A stretch of DNA of 64,000 nt, taken from positions 32,001 to 96,000 of IMG/VR virus record IMGVR_UViG_3300020045_011333. One strand, 5' to 3'. Made by a program: the position numbers and the translations under genes. Origin of the DNA: a virus. Under the pieces are notes generated by a model. The model saw only the letters and a program-made list of their open reading frames with translations, did not search any database and was not told the origin of the DNA. This document shows positions 43,013 through 52,416 of this stretch, in pieces; the first letter of the stretch is position 1; every line of letters begins with the position of its first letter.

Positions 43013-43088
43013 CCGTGATTAGCTTAACTGGTTAAAGCGCGAGTCTGTGGAACTCGTAAACCGAGTTCAAGTCTCGGGTCACGGTCCA
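43013..43088 (+). tRNA. tRNA-His (GTG), no G-1
   Basis: Cloverleaf, loop CTGTGGA, CCA; the -1 base is T. Confidence 0.9.
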
Positions 43089-43104
43089 TAATAAAATTTT
43101 ATAA

Positions 43105-43176
43105 GCTCGCTTCGCCAAGTGGTAAGGCATTAGGTTTACATCCTAACATACGGAGGTTCAAATCCTTCAGCGAGTA
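43105..43176 (+). tRNA. tRNA-Val (TAC), no encoded CCA
   Basis: Cloverleaf, loop TTTACAT, A73; 3-bp GCC/GGC D stem. Confidence 0.8.
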
Positions 43177-43177
43177 C

Positions 43178-43260
43178 GCGGGTATGATGAAATGGTAGCC
43201 TTGCGAGTTTTAGAAACTCGTGCCTCGTGCGTGGGGGTTCGAATCCCTCTACCCGCACCA
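43178..43260 (+). tRNA. tRNA-Leu (TAG)
   Basis: Variable arm, loop TTTAGAA, A73-CCA. Confidence 0.9.
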
Positions 43261-43285
43261 TTCAATACAAACTAGGAATATTAAA

Positions 43286-43462
43286 TTGCCTGAATTAAAT
43301 TACATCTATATCGTTGAAGGTTTTCGTCAATACGGAGATAGTTGGATTGAAGATATTTTTGACAGTGAAGAAAAAGCGTCCAATTATATTAAAAGTAAAA
43401 CGGATAATCTTGGCGAAGATGATGATTTGATCTTGACAATAAAAATATATATGGTAAAGTAG
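43286..43462 (+). CDS. Small acidic hypothetical protein (TTG start)
   Basis: AGGA SD; IYIV...IFDSEEKA..YI pattern. Confidence 0.5.
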   Translation: MPELNYIYIVEGFRQYGDSWIEDIFDSEEKASNYIKSKTDNLGEDDDLILTIKIYMVK

Positions 43463-43478
43463 CCTTACAAAAATAAAA

Positions 43479-43505
43479 ATAGCCGGGATTATTAATCCCG
43501 GCTAT
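43479..43505 (+). terminator. Terminator ending the tRNA region
   Basis: ATAGCCGGGATT-ATT-AATCCCGGCTAT perfect inverted repeat plus T-rich tail. Confidence 0.7.
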
Positions 43506-43529
43506 TACTTTTTATATTAGGAGAAAAAT

Positions 43530-44579
43530 TTGTATTATACAATTTATAAAATTACTAATTTATTAAATGGTAAAATTTATATTGGTCAGCATAAAACAAA
43601 GAATCTATATGATGGGTATTTAGGCTCTGGAAAAACTTTAAATAAAGCTTTAAATAAACATGGTATAAACAATTTTAAAAAAGAATATTTATTTGTTTTT
43701 GATAATTTCGAAGAAATGAATAATAAAGAAAAAGAATTGGTTAATGAAGAATTTATTAAAAGAAAAGATACTTATAATATAACCTTAGGAGGAGCTTATG
43801 GATATTTTGTTATTAATCCAGAAACAAATGAACTTGATAGTATTTTTAATTTAACGGAATTTATTGAAAATAGAAAGTTAAACTGTATTGAAAAATTTGG
43901 TGTATCCGAACCTGCTTGGAGTTTAGAGTGTGCAGAAAAAGCTAAACAAACTTCATTAAAAAGATATGGCAAAGAATATTATTCACAAACAGAAGAATAT
44001 TTAGAACGTAGAAGAACTACCTCCTTAGAGAAGTATGGATTTACCTCTCACATGATGAATTCTGCTGTATTACAGCAAAGAATAAATACTGGACTAGAAA
44101 AATATGGTGTAGAATACTACATGCAAACTGAAGAAGCGAAACAAATAGCATCTAAAAAACAAATTGAGATTATGTCAGACCCTGTAAAGAAAAAAGAAAT
44201 ATTAACTAAAGTTAAAAACACTAATTTAGAAAAATATGGTGTTGACCACATCTTTAAAGCAGAAAAATTTATAGAAAAAAGAAGAGAAACTAAGAAAAAT
44301 AACAGGCAACAAAAAATAAAGGATGACCCTAATTACCATAGGATTTTAATTAGTAATGGCTTAGAATATAAACGAGTGGATTACGATACAGAAATCCCAG
44401 AAGGCTGGTTTAGAGGTAGAACTAAAGAAAATGATGTACCCATAGAAAAGGTTTATGAGCTTAGAGAAGAATATAGTAAAGGAGGAATTAGCCAAGCCAA
44501 TCTAGCCAAAAAACACGGCGTAAATTTGAGTCAAGTAAAATACATTATTTATAAATCAGATAAGTACAAAAATATATAA
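43530..44579 (+). CDS. GIY-YIG (Seg-like) homing endonuclease with KYGV-type repeats
   Basis: YTIYKITN..NGKIYIGQH......Y.GSG; repeated (S/T/N)LEKYGV.. units; AGGAG SD. Confidence 0.85.
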   Translation: MYYTIYKITNLLNGKIYIGQHKTKNLYDGYLGSGKTLNKALNKHGINNFKKEYLFVFDNFEEMNNKEKELVNEEFIKRKDTYNITLGGAYGYFVINPETNELDSIFNLTEFIENRKLNCIEKFGVSEPAWSLECAEKAKQTSLKRYGKEYYSQTEEYLERRRTTSLEKYGFTSHMMNSAVLQQRINTGLEKYGVEYYMQTEEAKQIASKKQIEIMSDPVKKKEILTKVKNTNLEKYGVDHIFKAEKFIEKRRETKKNNRQQKIKDDPNYHRILISNGLEYKRVDYDTEIPEGWFRGRTKENDVPIEKVYELREEYSKGGISQANLAKKHGVNLSQVKYIIYKSDKYKNI

Positions 44580-44666
44580 TTATTTTATGTATTATTAAAA
44601 TAATACTTGACATTTAATTTTTTATATGATATAGTTCATACATAAATTAAAAATGTAAGAAAATCA

Positions 44667-46283
44667 ATGGCGATTAACGATAAAAATTTACATGTAGTCA
44701 CGGCTGTTGGACAAGAATCAGTACAAAAGCATCCAGAGTATGCGTTTTGGCAAGAATATTGGTCCTTACTTAGAGATTCCATGCTAGGCGAAATAGCTAT
44801 TAAGGATAAGGGTACAGCATACCTCCCGCAAATGCAAGCTCAGAATTCTGAAGAATACTACGCCTTTAAGCAAAGAGCGTACTATTATTCAATGACACAA
44901 AGAACTTCAAATGGTTTAGTTGGAACTATTTTTAGACGTGATCCAAAAGTTAAAGATTTACCTCCACAATTTAAAAAATCCATCAAAAATATCTCTAAAG
45001 ATAATACATCTTTAAACACTTTTATCCGCGACACGGCCAATCAAATTTTTGATGTGGGCCGCGTCGGTGTTTTATTAGATATGGATAAAGATGGTAGTGG
45101 TACTCCTTTTTTCGTAAATTATATTGCAGAAAATATTATCGACTGGTCAGTAATTGAGAGAAATGGTCGTTACATACTTAAAGAAGTTCTACTTAGAGAA
45201 ATTGAAGAAGATAGGGATAGTCAAGCATTTCAACTTAGGACCACCTCTCTTAGGTATAAAGCTGTTTATCGTAAATTAAGTTTAGATGATGATGGAGTGT
45301 ATCGTCAATATATTTACAGAACTAAATTTTTTAATTATTCCTTAGTAACTGATGAAGAACCAGAAGTTGTTGAACCAAAGCGTTTAGGTGTTCCTTTTAA
45401 TTTTATTCCTTTTGTTTTCTTCGGGACATTAAGCAATAATCCACAAGTTGAAAAACCCCCTCTTCTAGACATTGCTCTAATGAACATTAGTCATTATCAG
45501 AGCGTAGCTCAACTAGAGCATGGCCGTTTTAATACCGCCCTTCCTGTTTATTATACCCACGTTAAAAGCGCCAGTGAAAAAGGCGGTGATTATGTTATTG
45601 GCCCTAATGTCGTTTGGGAGGTTGAAACTGAGAGGAGTCCTGGAATCATTGAATACAATGGGCAAGGCCTTATTTTCTTGGAACGTGCGCTAGAAGAAAA
45701 AGAAGCTAATATTTCTGCCATGGGCGGAAGAATGCTCGGAACTAAAACCACTGCTGTGGCAGAGTCAGATAATTTAGTCAAATTAAAAGAGAAAAACGAG
45801 ATATCCCTTCTTCTTAATGTAGTTACTGTTTTAAATGATGGATTTACCCAACTTCTTCTTTGGTGGATGTATTGGCAAAATGAAGATATTGACGAGTTAG
45901 AAACTAAAGTAGAACTTAGTAGAGACTTTCTATTTAAGGAAATTGATGCAAGGGAATTCCGCGCCTTTACCATGATGTATCAAGAAGGAATTATTCCAAT
46001 CGATACTATGTTTGAAATTCTACAAAAGACAGATATCATTGCTGAGGAAATGACTATTGAAGATTTCAAAACAATGTTAGAATCAGCTAATCAGTTTCCT
46101 AACAATCCTGATTTTGAGGCCCGTAAACTTGGCTATCCTAACGCTCAATCTAGAATTGATGCAGAAGAAGGCGAAAAAGAACGCACCAGCGCTGCATCCC
46201 AACTTCAACTGACACAGAGCTTTACGGCTCAACAGAATAAAATTAGCAGTACAACAAATGCCACAAAAACAAAACAAATTTGA
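44667..46283 (+). CDS. Portal protein (DUF4055 type)
   Basis: 538 aa; HPEY...GE..IK..G..YLP....Y..F..RA.YY..T.RT..GL.G..F; IPFVF.G....P....PPLLDIA..N..HYQ..A. Confidence 0.9.
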   Translation: MAINDKNLHVVTAVGQESVQKHPEYAFWQEYWSLLRDSMLGEIAIKDKGTAYLPQMQAQNSEEYYAFKQRAYYYSMTQRTSNGLVGTIFRRDPKVKDLPPQFKKSIKNISKDNTSLNTFIRDTANQIFDVGRVGVLLDMDKDGSGTPFFVNYIAENIIDWSVIERNGRYILKEVLLREIEEDRDSQAFQLRTTSLRYKAVYRKLSLDDDGVYRQYIYRTKFFNYSLVTDEEPEVVEPKRLGVPFNFIPFVFFGTLSNNPQVEKPPLLDIALMNISHYQSVAQLEHGRFNTALPVYYTHVKSASEKGGDYVIGPNVVWEVETERSPGIIEYNGQGLIFLERALEEKEANISAMGGRMLGTKTTAVAESDNLVKLKEKNEISLLLNVVTVLNDGFTQLLLWWMYWQNEDIDELETKVELSRDFLFKEIDAREFRAFTMMYQEGIIPIDTMFEILQKTDIIAEEMTIEDFKTMLESANQFPNNPDFEARKLGYPNAQSRIDAEEGEKERTSAASQLQLTQSFTAQQNKISSTTNATKTKQI

Positions 46284-46431
46284 CAATAATGAATTTGAGG
46301 ATGGTCACAATATTGATGACCTACTTAAAGAATTTGAATTAAATCTACCAGACGAGGACGATGCGTTTTTTGGTATTGAATTAGAAAGTTTGGAAGAATA
46401 CTTGGAAAAAAGTAAAATAAAAAAGAAATAA
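46258..46431 (+). CDS. Small acidic protein (57 aa), not in the ORF track
   Basis: MPQKQNKFDNNEFEDGHNIDDLLKEFE...; overlaps the portal stop. Confidence 0.4.
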   Translation: MPQKQNKFDNNEFEDGHNIDDLLKEFELNLPDEDDAFFGIELESLEEYLEKSKIKKK

Positions 46432-46494
46432 AAATGGATAAAGAAATAAATTCTTGACTTTTTTATATTTTTACTATATAATGAGAAACATAAA

Positions 46495-46638
46495 ATGAAA
46501 CAAAGTGGTATCGCTGAAATACAGACTGATAAAGATACTGAAGAGTCCTATATCGTGGTGCGAGTTGGACCTTTCAAAGATCGAAGATCAGCACAACGTA
46601 AACTCACTGAGTTAGTTAATAGTCCCGACCAAGCTTAA
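46495..46638 (+). CDS. 47-aa protein resembling half a SPOR domain, not in the ORF track
   Basis: SYIVVRVGPFKDRRSAQRKLTEL matches the Y.V.VGPF....A....L SPOR half-repeat; TTGACT/TATAAT promoter upstream. Confidence 0.4.
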   Translation: MKQSGIAEIQTDKDTEESYIVVRVGPFKDRRSAQRKLTELVNSPDQA

Positions 46639-46788
46639 CTTATTAAAGTAGAACTTAGTAAGTTATACAAAAATCTAATTCCAAGGTGGGATTAGTAAGG
46701 AATACAGAGTAGACCTTTTATTTTAAATACTTAAATCTTTATAAAAATAGAATTTTTAAAAGATAATATACATCGGAGATGTAGTACT

Positions 46789-47565
46789 ATGGCAGAGATG
46801 CTTTTTGATACCCTAGATCAGCTTCCAGAGGAACTGAGAGAATTTGGTAAAGCTCGCGATGACGGCAAAGTAGTTGTTAATCTCGTTCCTAAAGTAAGAG
46901 TAGATGAATTCCGTGAAAAGAATATTGCACTTGCAAAGGACAATGAAACATTTACAGCCCGTTTAGCCAAACTTAGCAAACATGTAGGGGAAGATGAAGA
47001 CAAGTTCGTCAACGAACTAACTGAACTTCGCAAGACGAAGCAATTAGTAGAAGATGGCAAGCTTGCTGAATCTGGTAAAGTTGAAGAAGTTCTAGCCGAA
47101 CGTACTAAGAAGATGCGTGAAAATTACGAAGAAGAGCTTCGCAAGCTAGCTGGTGAATCTTCAGAATGGAAGCGAAATTTCAGTGATGTTACTGAGCAGC
47201 TTAAAGGTGTTCAGATTGATAATTATATTAGGGCAGCTATCCATGATGCAAAATCTGGTGCACGTCCTGAAGCTGAAAATCATATTCTTCTAGAAGCTCG
47301 TAAAGTTTTTAAAATAGATGGTGATAAAATCATTCCTAAGAATGGTGATGCTACTATTTTCGGATCAGACGGCGCAAGCCCAATGTCTCCGTTAGAGTGG
47401 ATGAAGTCTTTGCAAAAGAATCTTCCTTACCTCTTTAAAGAATCCAACGGCGGCGGTGCTAACGGTGGTGGTCTTGCTGGATACGGTAATATGACTAAAG
47501 ACGATATTAATAACTTGAGCGCACTTCAAAAGCTTGAGCTTGCTAATAGAAATCTAAAGAAATAA
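46789..47565 (+). CDS. Capsid scaffolding protein
   Basis: Coiled-coil, position between portal and MCP, C-terminal P.LF..S.GGGA.GG. Confidence 0.8.
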   Translation: MAEMLFDTLDQLPEELREFGKARDDGKVVVNLVPKVRVDEFREKNIALAKDNETFTARLAKLSKHVGEDEDKFVNELTELRKTKQLVEDGKLAESGKVEEVLAERTKKMRENYEEELRKLAGESSEWKRNFSDVTEQLKGVQIDNYIRAAIHDAKSGARPEAENHILLEARKVFKIDGDKIIPKNGDATIFGSDGASPMSPLEWMKSLQKNLPYLFKESNGGGANGGGLAGYGNMTKDDINNLSALQKLELANRNLKK

Positions 47566-47705
47566 AACTTTAAAAGTCCTGCTAGGCATGAATATACTCC
47601 TCGGTATGGCTGTGTCGGGGAAAATCTTTAGGGAACTTTCCCCATAAAAATTTCAGCCCAAGAAACTTTAATTAAAAACACTAATGCCTAGCAAGGAGAA
47701 TTCCC

Positions 47706-48638
47706 ATGGCACTGACTCTATTAGAGGCAAATAAACTTAATGACGGCGATATCAAGCGTTCTGCTATTGTAGAAATGTTTGCAATGAATGCCGACCTACT
47801 TCGCGTTATGCCTTTCGAGGACATTCCGGGTGGTAGCTATTCCTACACTGAAGAGCATAAGCTTCCGGGTATTGGTTTCCGTGGCGTAAACGAAGGCTAC
47901 AGCGAGTCTGTCGGCGTTCTAAACCCACGCACTGAAGCCCTCCGCATCGCTGGTGGTGATCTTGACGTAGACAAGTTCCTTATCCAGACACGTGGCGCTA
48001 ATGTTCGCACTCAGCACGAAGCAATGAAAGTTAAGGCTCTTTCACTCGGCATCATGAACAAAATGATCAACGGTGACTCTGAGCTTAACCAAGCTGAAGA
48101 ATTTGACGGTCTTCGCAAGCGTATTACTGGCGCTCAGCTTATTCCTGCCAATGGAACAGCACCTTCTGCCAACTCTCCTCTATCTCTTGAAGCACTAGAA
48201 TCAGCTATCGACGCTGTTGATGGTCCTACCCATCTTCTAATGTCAAAAACAATGAGAAGCAAGCTTTCAACTGCAATGCGTACTAGCATCGGTGGCGATT
48301 TCGCTACTGAAGTAGACACATTCGGTCAGCGCGTTTCTTACTTTAATGGTCTTCCGATCCTTATTGCTGATTTTGACGAAGCTGGTCAAAGCATGATGGG
48401 CTTCAATGAAGCTGGTCCTGCTGGCGGAACAAGCTCCGGTTCTATCTATGTACTTTCAATTGGCCCCGGCAAGATCAGTGGCATTCAGAACGGCTTCATT
48501 GACGTTCGCGATCTTGGTGAACTTGAAAGCAAGCCTGTATTCCGTACTCGTGTAGAATGGTATGTAGGTATGGTCGTTGAACATGGTCGCGCTGCGGCTC
48601 GTGTTTGGGGCATCACTAACGGTGCAGTTACTGTTTAA
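47706..48638 (+). CDS. Major capsid protein (HK97 fold)
   Basis: MALTLLEA.K...IVE.F....LL..MPF..I.G..Y.Y..E..LP...FR..NE; NGD.....FDGL.KR; AAGGAG SD. Confidence 0.92.
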   Translation: MALTLLEANKLNDGDIKRSAIVEMFAMNADLLRVMPFEDIPGGSYSYTEEHKLPGIGFRGVNEGYSESVGVLNPRTEALRIAGGDLDVDKFLIQTRGANVRTQHEAMKVKALSLGIMNKMINGDSELNQAEEFDGLRKRITGAQLIPANGTAPSANSPLSLEALESAIDAVDGPTHLLMSKTMRSKLSTAMRTSIGGDFATEVDTFGQRVSYFNGLPILIADFDEAGQSMMGFNEAGPAGGTSSGSIYVLSIGPGKISGIQNGFIDVRDLGELESKPVFRTRVEWYVGMVVEHGRAAARVWGITNGAVTV

Positions 48639-48656
48639 TATCAACTGAAACAAACA

Positions 48657-48687
48657 TTGTCAAGTCAGAATTTATCTGACTTGACAA
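48657..48687 (+). terminator. Hairpin after the major capsid gene
   Basis: TTGTCAAGTCAGA/TCTGACTTGACAA 13-bp inverted repeat. Confidence 0.6.
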
Positions 48688-48720
48688 AATTTAAACAAAA
48701 GACCATTAAGGATTAATAAA

Positions 48721-49164
48721 ATGGCTAATATGAATTCAAAGGTTAAGTTTCAGCTTGATAAAGACCCTTCAGTAACGCTTCGCGCCGCTGCTGCTGCTCC
48801 TATCACTGCTACAACTTCCGAAACTGGACTAAGCCTAAACAACGGCACTGCTTACTGGAACACTGGTATTACTCCGCTTCAAAACGCGGCTGTTAATATT
48901 ATTGTTAAGGCAATTGACCGCACCACGGCTGACGAAACCTACGCCTTCACTGTAGAAGTATCCAACCTAATCGGTGGAACTTACGTTGAAGTAGCTCGTC
49001 TAACCGGCGTTACTACAATTGGTGCTTATACCATCAATCTAGACTTTGACACGATCAAGAAAGCCAACCCAACGGCTGCTTTCATTCGTATCACTGCTAC
49101 GCTTGCTGGTACGACTCCTATCCTCGATTATGACGCTTATCTAGCACCTATCGTTGGAGCTTAA
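48721..49164 (+). CDS. Capsid decoration/cement-like protein
   Basis: 147 aa, beta-rich, directly after MCP. Confidence 0.55.
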   Translation: MANMNSKVKFQLDKDPSVTLRAAAAAPITATTSETGLSLNNGTAYWNTGITPLQNAAVNIIVKAIDRTTADETYAFTVEVSNLIGGTYVEVARLTGVTTIGAYTINLDFDTIKKANPTAAFIRITATLAGTTPILDYDAYLAPIVGA

Positions 49165-49232
49165 TCTTAGATTAAGTAAATAATTCCTCCCTTATTAAGG
49201 GAGGAATTTAACCCTAACAATGGAGAGAAGAC

Positions 49233-49856
49233 ATGTCTGATCTAATTAAAGTATATTCTCCTTCTGGCGAAGTTTTTGAGAATTCCCCTGCTAATGCTCG
49301 TGACCTTGTTGTCAATGCTGGCTGGACCTATGAAAAACTTAACAAAGCCGAACGCGAAGAGAAGAAAGCTGAAGATGATCTAGCTAAGGCTAAAATCGTT
49401 GGAATGCTTGCCGAACAACACGCTCGCACTGAACCTGAAGTTGTTCTGAAGGCACCTGATGCTTTCTTTGACGATGGTACTCTTTCCACTGGTGTGGAGA
49501 ACAAGGGTAACTTAGTAACCCAATCTATCTATGACGTAGCCGCTACTCAACCAGAAGCTAACGATGAAAAAGCCCTCAACACCAACGATCTAGTTGAAGC
49601 TGAGCAGCAATTTGCTGAAGGTAAAGATGATGGCGTAGAGCGTAGTGCTGACGGCAAAGCCGAAGTCATTGAAGAAATCAAAGACCAAGAAAAGCGTGAG
49701 TACATTGAAGTACAAGGCAAAGATATTGATAACAATGTCGAAATTGCTGACCTAATTGATAGTGAAAAAGATAAAGACGCAATTGTTAAGGCAGAAGATG
49801 ATTCTACCGAAGATGATGAGCCAAAAATCAAGCGCGGGCGCGCTAAGAAATCCTAA
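49233..49856 (+). CDS. Acidic hypothetical protein (207 aa)
   Basis: GGAG SD; C-terminal KRGRAKK basic tail. Confidence 0.65.
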   Translation: MSDLIKVYSPSGEVFENSPANARDLVVNAGWTYEKLNKAEREEKKAEDDLAKAKIVGMLAEQHARTEPEVVLKAPDAFFDDGTLSTGVENKGNLVTQSIYDVAATQPEANDEKALNTNDLVEAEQQFAEGKDDGVERSADGKAEVIEEIKDQEKREYIEVQGKDIDNNVEIADLIDSEKDKDAIVKAEDDSTEDDEPKIKRGRAKKS

Positions 49857-49905
49857 TAAAAAATAATAAATAAATTTCACCTACCTATAGAGTGGTGAAC
49901 AACTC

Positions 49906-49935
49906 AAAGCCACATCTAAAAATGTGGCTTTTTTG
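49906..49935 (+). terminator. Intrinsic terminator
   Basis: AAAGCCACAT-CTAAAA-ATGTGGCTTT followed by TTT. Confidence 0.7.
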
Positions 49936-49954
49936 TTAAGGAGTGCGGCCAACC

Positions 49955-50170
49955 ATGCCTGATAATGATGGTGATATTTTTAAAGAAGAAGAATTAGTCA
50001 CTGTCAAAATGAGGCTAAAAGATTATCGCCGTATGATGGCAATGATTGAACGTGATGAATCAATGTCCGTTGTTGGCAAACATATTAAAACAGTTCTTCT
50101 TTGGGCTTCTGGCGTATTAGCTGCTTGGCTTTTTCTATGGGATTTTGTTAAAGATAGATTAATGGGCTAA
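49955..50170 (+). CDS. Small protein with C-terminal TM segment
   Basis: AAGGAG SD; VLLWASGVLAAWLFLW. Confidence 0.5.
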   Translation: MPDNDGDIFKEEELVTVKMRLKDYRRMMAMIERDESMSVVGKHIKTVLLWASGVLAAWLFLWDFVKDRLMG

Positions 50171-50299
50171 TTTAATAGTTGACTTTTTAATAGTATGTGT
50201 TATAATTCTTCATTATTAATTAGGAATGAAAGTATGGGTTAATAAAAGTTTTTAGGTTTAAACCAATTGTAATGAAATTAATTTAAGGTAAACTTATCT

Positions 50300-51031
50300 G
50301 TGATAACACATCAAAATCCCCCTTCTTTAACTAAGTCTGAAAAGCGCCGTGTAAGAAAAGATGTAAAAGAGACTAGAACAGAACATAAAATTAAAAGACC
50401 TTTAACACCTAAAACTGAAACCCAAAAATACTATTTAGAATGCCTTGATAACAACAGTCAAGTTTTTGCTTATGGCGGCGCAGGGACAGGGAAAACTTAC
50501 ATAGCCTCCCGGTACGCCATCAGAAAACTTGTAGAAAATAAGTATGAAAAACTTATCATTGCAAGACCTACTGTGGCTAACCGCCGACATGAATTAGGTT
50601 TCCTACCCGGAAATCTAGAAGCCAAGCTAAGGCCTTGGTTAGTTCCAATTCTTTCTTCTTTTGCTGATGAAGTTTCACCGTCAGACATAGATCGCCTTAA
50701 AAATTTAGGAAAGATTGAGTTTTTAAGTTTTGAACACATGCGCGGAAGAACATTTAATGATTCTGTCATTATTCTAGATGAAGCACAGAATTGTAGTTAT
50801 TCAGATTTGAAATTGTTCTTAACTAGAATTGGTGAAAATAGTTTGACTATTGTTAATGGCGATATTGATCAAATTGATATTTCAGACAGTGGATTAGAAA
50901 AAGTAATTGATCTAATCTACGATTACGATCTTGATGTGGATGTTGTAGAATTTACAGAAGAAGATGTCGTCCGATCTAAAGAAGCAAAAGTTTGGGTAAC
51001 GGCGTTTAATAGAGAAAAGAATAAGGATTAA
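50300..51031 (+). CDS. phoH: PhoH-family ATPase
   Basis: GGAGTGKT, RPTV, LGFLPGNLEAK..PW, MRGRTF, ILDEAQN, TRIGE, GD..Q.D. Confidence 0.95.
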   Translation: MITHQNPPSLTKSEKRRVRKDVKETRTEHKIKRPLTPKTETQKYYLECLDNNSQVFAYGGAGTGKTYIASRYAIRKLVENKYEKLIIARPTVANRRHELGFLPGNLEAKLRPWLVPILSSFADEVSPSDIDRLKNLGKIEFLSFEHMRGRTFNDSVIILDEAQNCSYSDLKLFLTRIGENSLTIVNGDIDQIDISDSGLEKVIDLIYDYDLDVDVVEFTEEDVVRSKEAKVWVTAFNREKNKD

Positions 51032-51036
51032 TGTAG

Positions 51037-51552
51037 ATGGCGTTTAGTTTTGTTGTCGAAGATGGTACAGGATTACCGAACGCCACCTCTTATGTATCAT
51101 TAGAAGAAGCTAATGATATTCTTATTACTAACATACATAATACAGCATGGGACGCGCTAGATGATACTCAAAAAGAGTATCTTCTAGCTTGGTCCACTAG
51201 CTTATTAGATACTAAAGCAGAGTGGGATGGTTATAAGACTTACTCTACTTCTGCTCTTCGTTGGCCTAGGAAATACGTTATTAATCGTGATAATTTATGT
51301 CTGCCTAGTGACGAAATTCCACTGCAATTAAAACAAGCTACGGCTCAATACGCAAGATACTTAGTAGAACAAGACAGAACCGTCGAGCAAGAAACTGCCG
51401 GAATAACTGAAATTGTTGTTGACGTAATTGAATTGAAGTTTGATTCAAGTTATCGATTAGCCACAATACCTAGTTATATTAATGACTTAGTTTATGGAAT
51501 TGGAAGACTCAAAGGTGGAACGACTACAGTAGCTAAACTTCGTAGGAGTTAA
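51037..51552 (+). CDS. Head-tail adaptor (DnaT-like domain family)
   Basis: VEDGTGL.NA.SYVS.EEA...G......L.WPR...IP..LK.A. Confidence 0.8.
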   Translation: MAFSFVVEDGTGLPNATSYVSLEEANDILITNIHNTAWDALDDTQKEYLLAWSTSLLDTKAEWDGYKTYSTSALRWPRKYVINRDNLCLPSDEIPLQLKQATAQYARYLVEQDRTVEQETAGITEIVVDVIELKFDSSYRLATIPSYINDLVYGIGRLKGGTTTVAKLRRS

Positions 51553-51554
51553 GT

Positions 51555-51926
51555 ATGGCTTTAAAAGGTTCTTTAAATAATCTTGTATCTTCCGCTATGA
51601 AAATTATAGGTGATATCCCTATTCAAATTACTTATGTCTCCAAAGGCTCTAATCCCGTTTACGATACAGTAAATGATATTGAAATTTCCACTGATTCCCA
51701 AGTTGTTGTCAGAACAGTTAAAGCAAGGTATAAAGCCGAAGAAATAAATGATTCAATTATTGTTTCTAAAGATGCTAAATTTATTATTGCTAACAAGGAT
51801 CTAAACGGAATAATCCCTAAAGAAAATGATTATTTTTTAGATGATCACAGCGAACGTTGGACTGTAAGAATAGTAGGTGGAGTACCCGGCGAAAGTGTCT
51901 GGATACTCCATTGTCGTAAGGCTTAA
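51555..51926 (+). CDS. Head closure/stopper protein
   Basis: Size and position after the adaptor; terminal W.LH.R. Confidence 0.65.
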   Translation: MALKGSLNNLVSSAMKIIGDIPIQITYVSKGSNPVYDTVNDIEISTDSQVVVRTVKARYKAEEINDSIIVSKDAKFIIANKDLNGIIPKENDYFLDDHSERWTVRIVGGVPGESVWILHCRKA

Positions 51927-52416
51927 AACTGTGACCTTTAAATCTAATATACCACAGTTTAAAAAGGATATCAATGACTATTTTCCTAAGTGGAAAAAAG
52001 AATTCGCCAAACGACTAAATAATATTTCTCGCTATAGCCATAAACAATTAATGTCCAAAACCCCGGTTTATGAGGGAACAACTGTTAGAAATTATATTTT
52101 AACAATGAATACACCTTCTAGCACGACTTATAGTCCTATTGGCTCAGGACCCACGGGGCAAACAAACGCAATGCCGTTAGGTTCCGAACCTCGACGCCCT
52201 GCTAACGAAGCGGCTGCGGCAGAGAGTTTAAATAATTTAAAGATTGACGTTAATAATCCTTTTGTCAGAATTTTTATAAGCAACAATTCAGATAGTGTGG
52301 CGGGGCTTGAAGTAGGGGCATTGCCCGGAACGCCCCTTCAATCTCGTAGTCCTAATGGTATGTTTGGCATCACTATGGAACAATTACTAAGTAAATTAAA
52401 CAGTGGAAGTATTTAA
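51877..52416 (+). CDS. Neck/tail completion protein (HK97 gp10-like position)
   Basis: TPV..G.....Y...N...Y...LE.G pattern and synteny; true start uncertain. Confidence 0.6.
   Translation: MEYPAKVSGYSIVVRLKTVTFKSNIPQFKKDINDYFPKWKKEFAKRLNNISRYSHKQLMSKTPVYEGTTVRNYILTMNTPSSTTYSPIGSGPTGQTNAMPLGSEPRRPANEAAAAESLNNLKIDVNNPFVRIFISNNSDSVAGLEVGALPGTPLQSRSPNGMFGITMEQLLSKLNSGSI

Noticed and set aside
36448-43260. Prophage attachment site or integration into host tRNAs
   Set aside because: No integrase or host genes; the tRNAs are divergent phage-type and phage genes flank both sides
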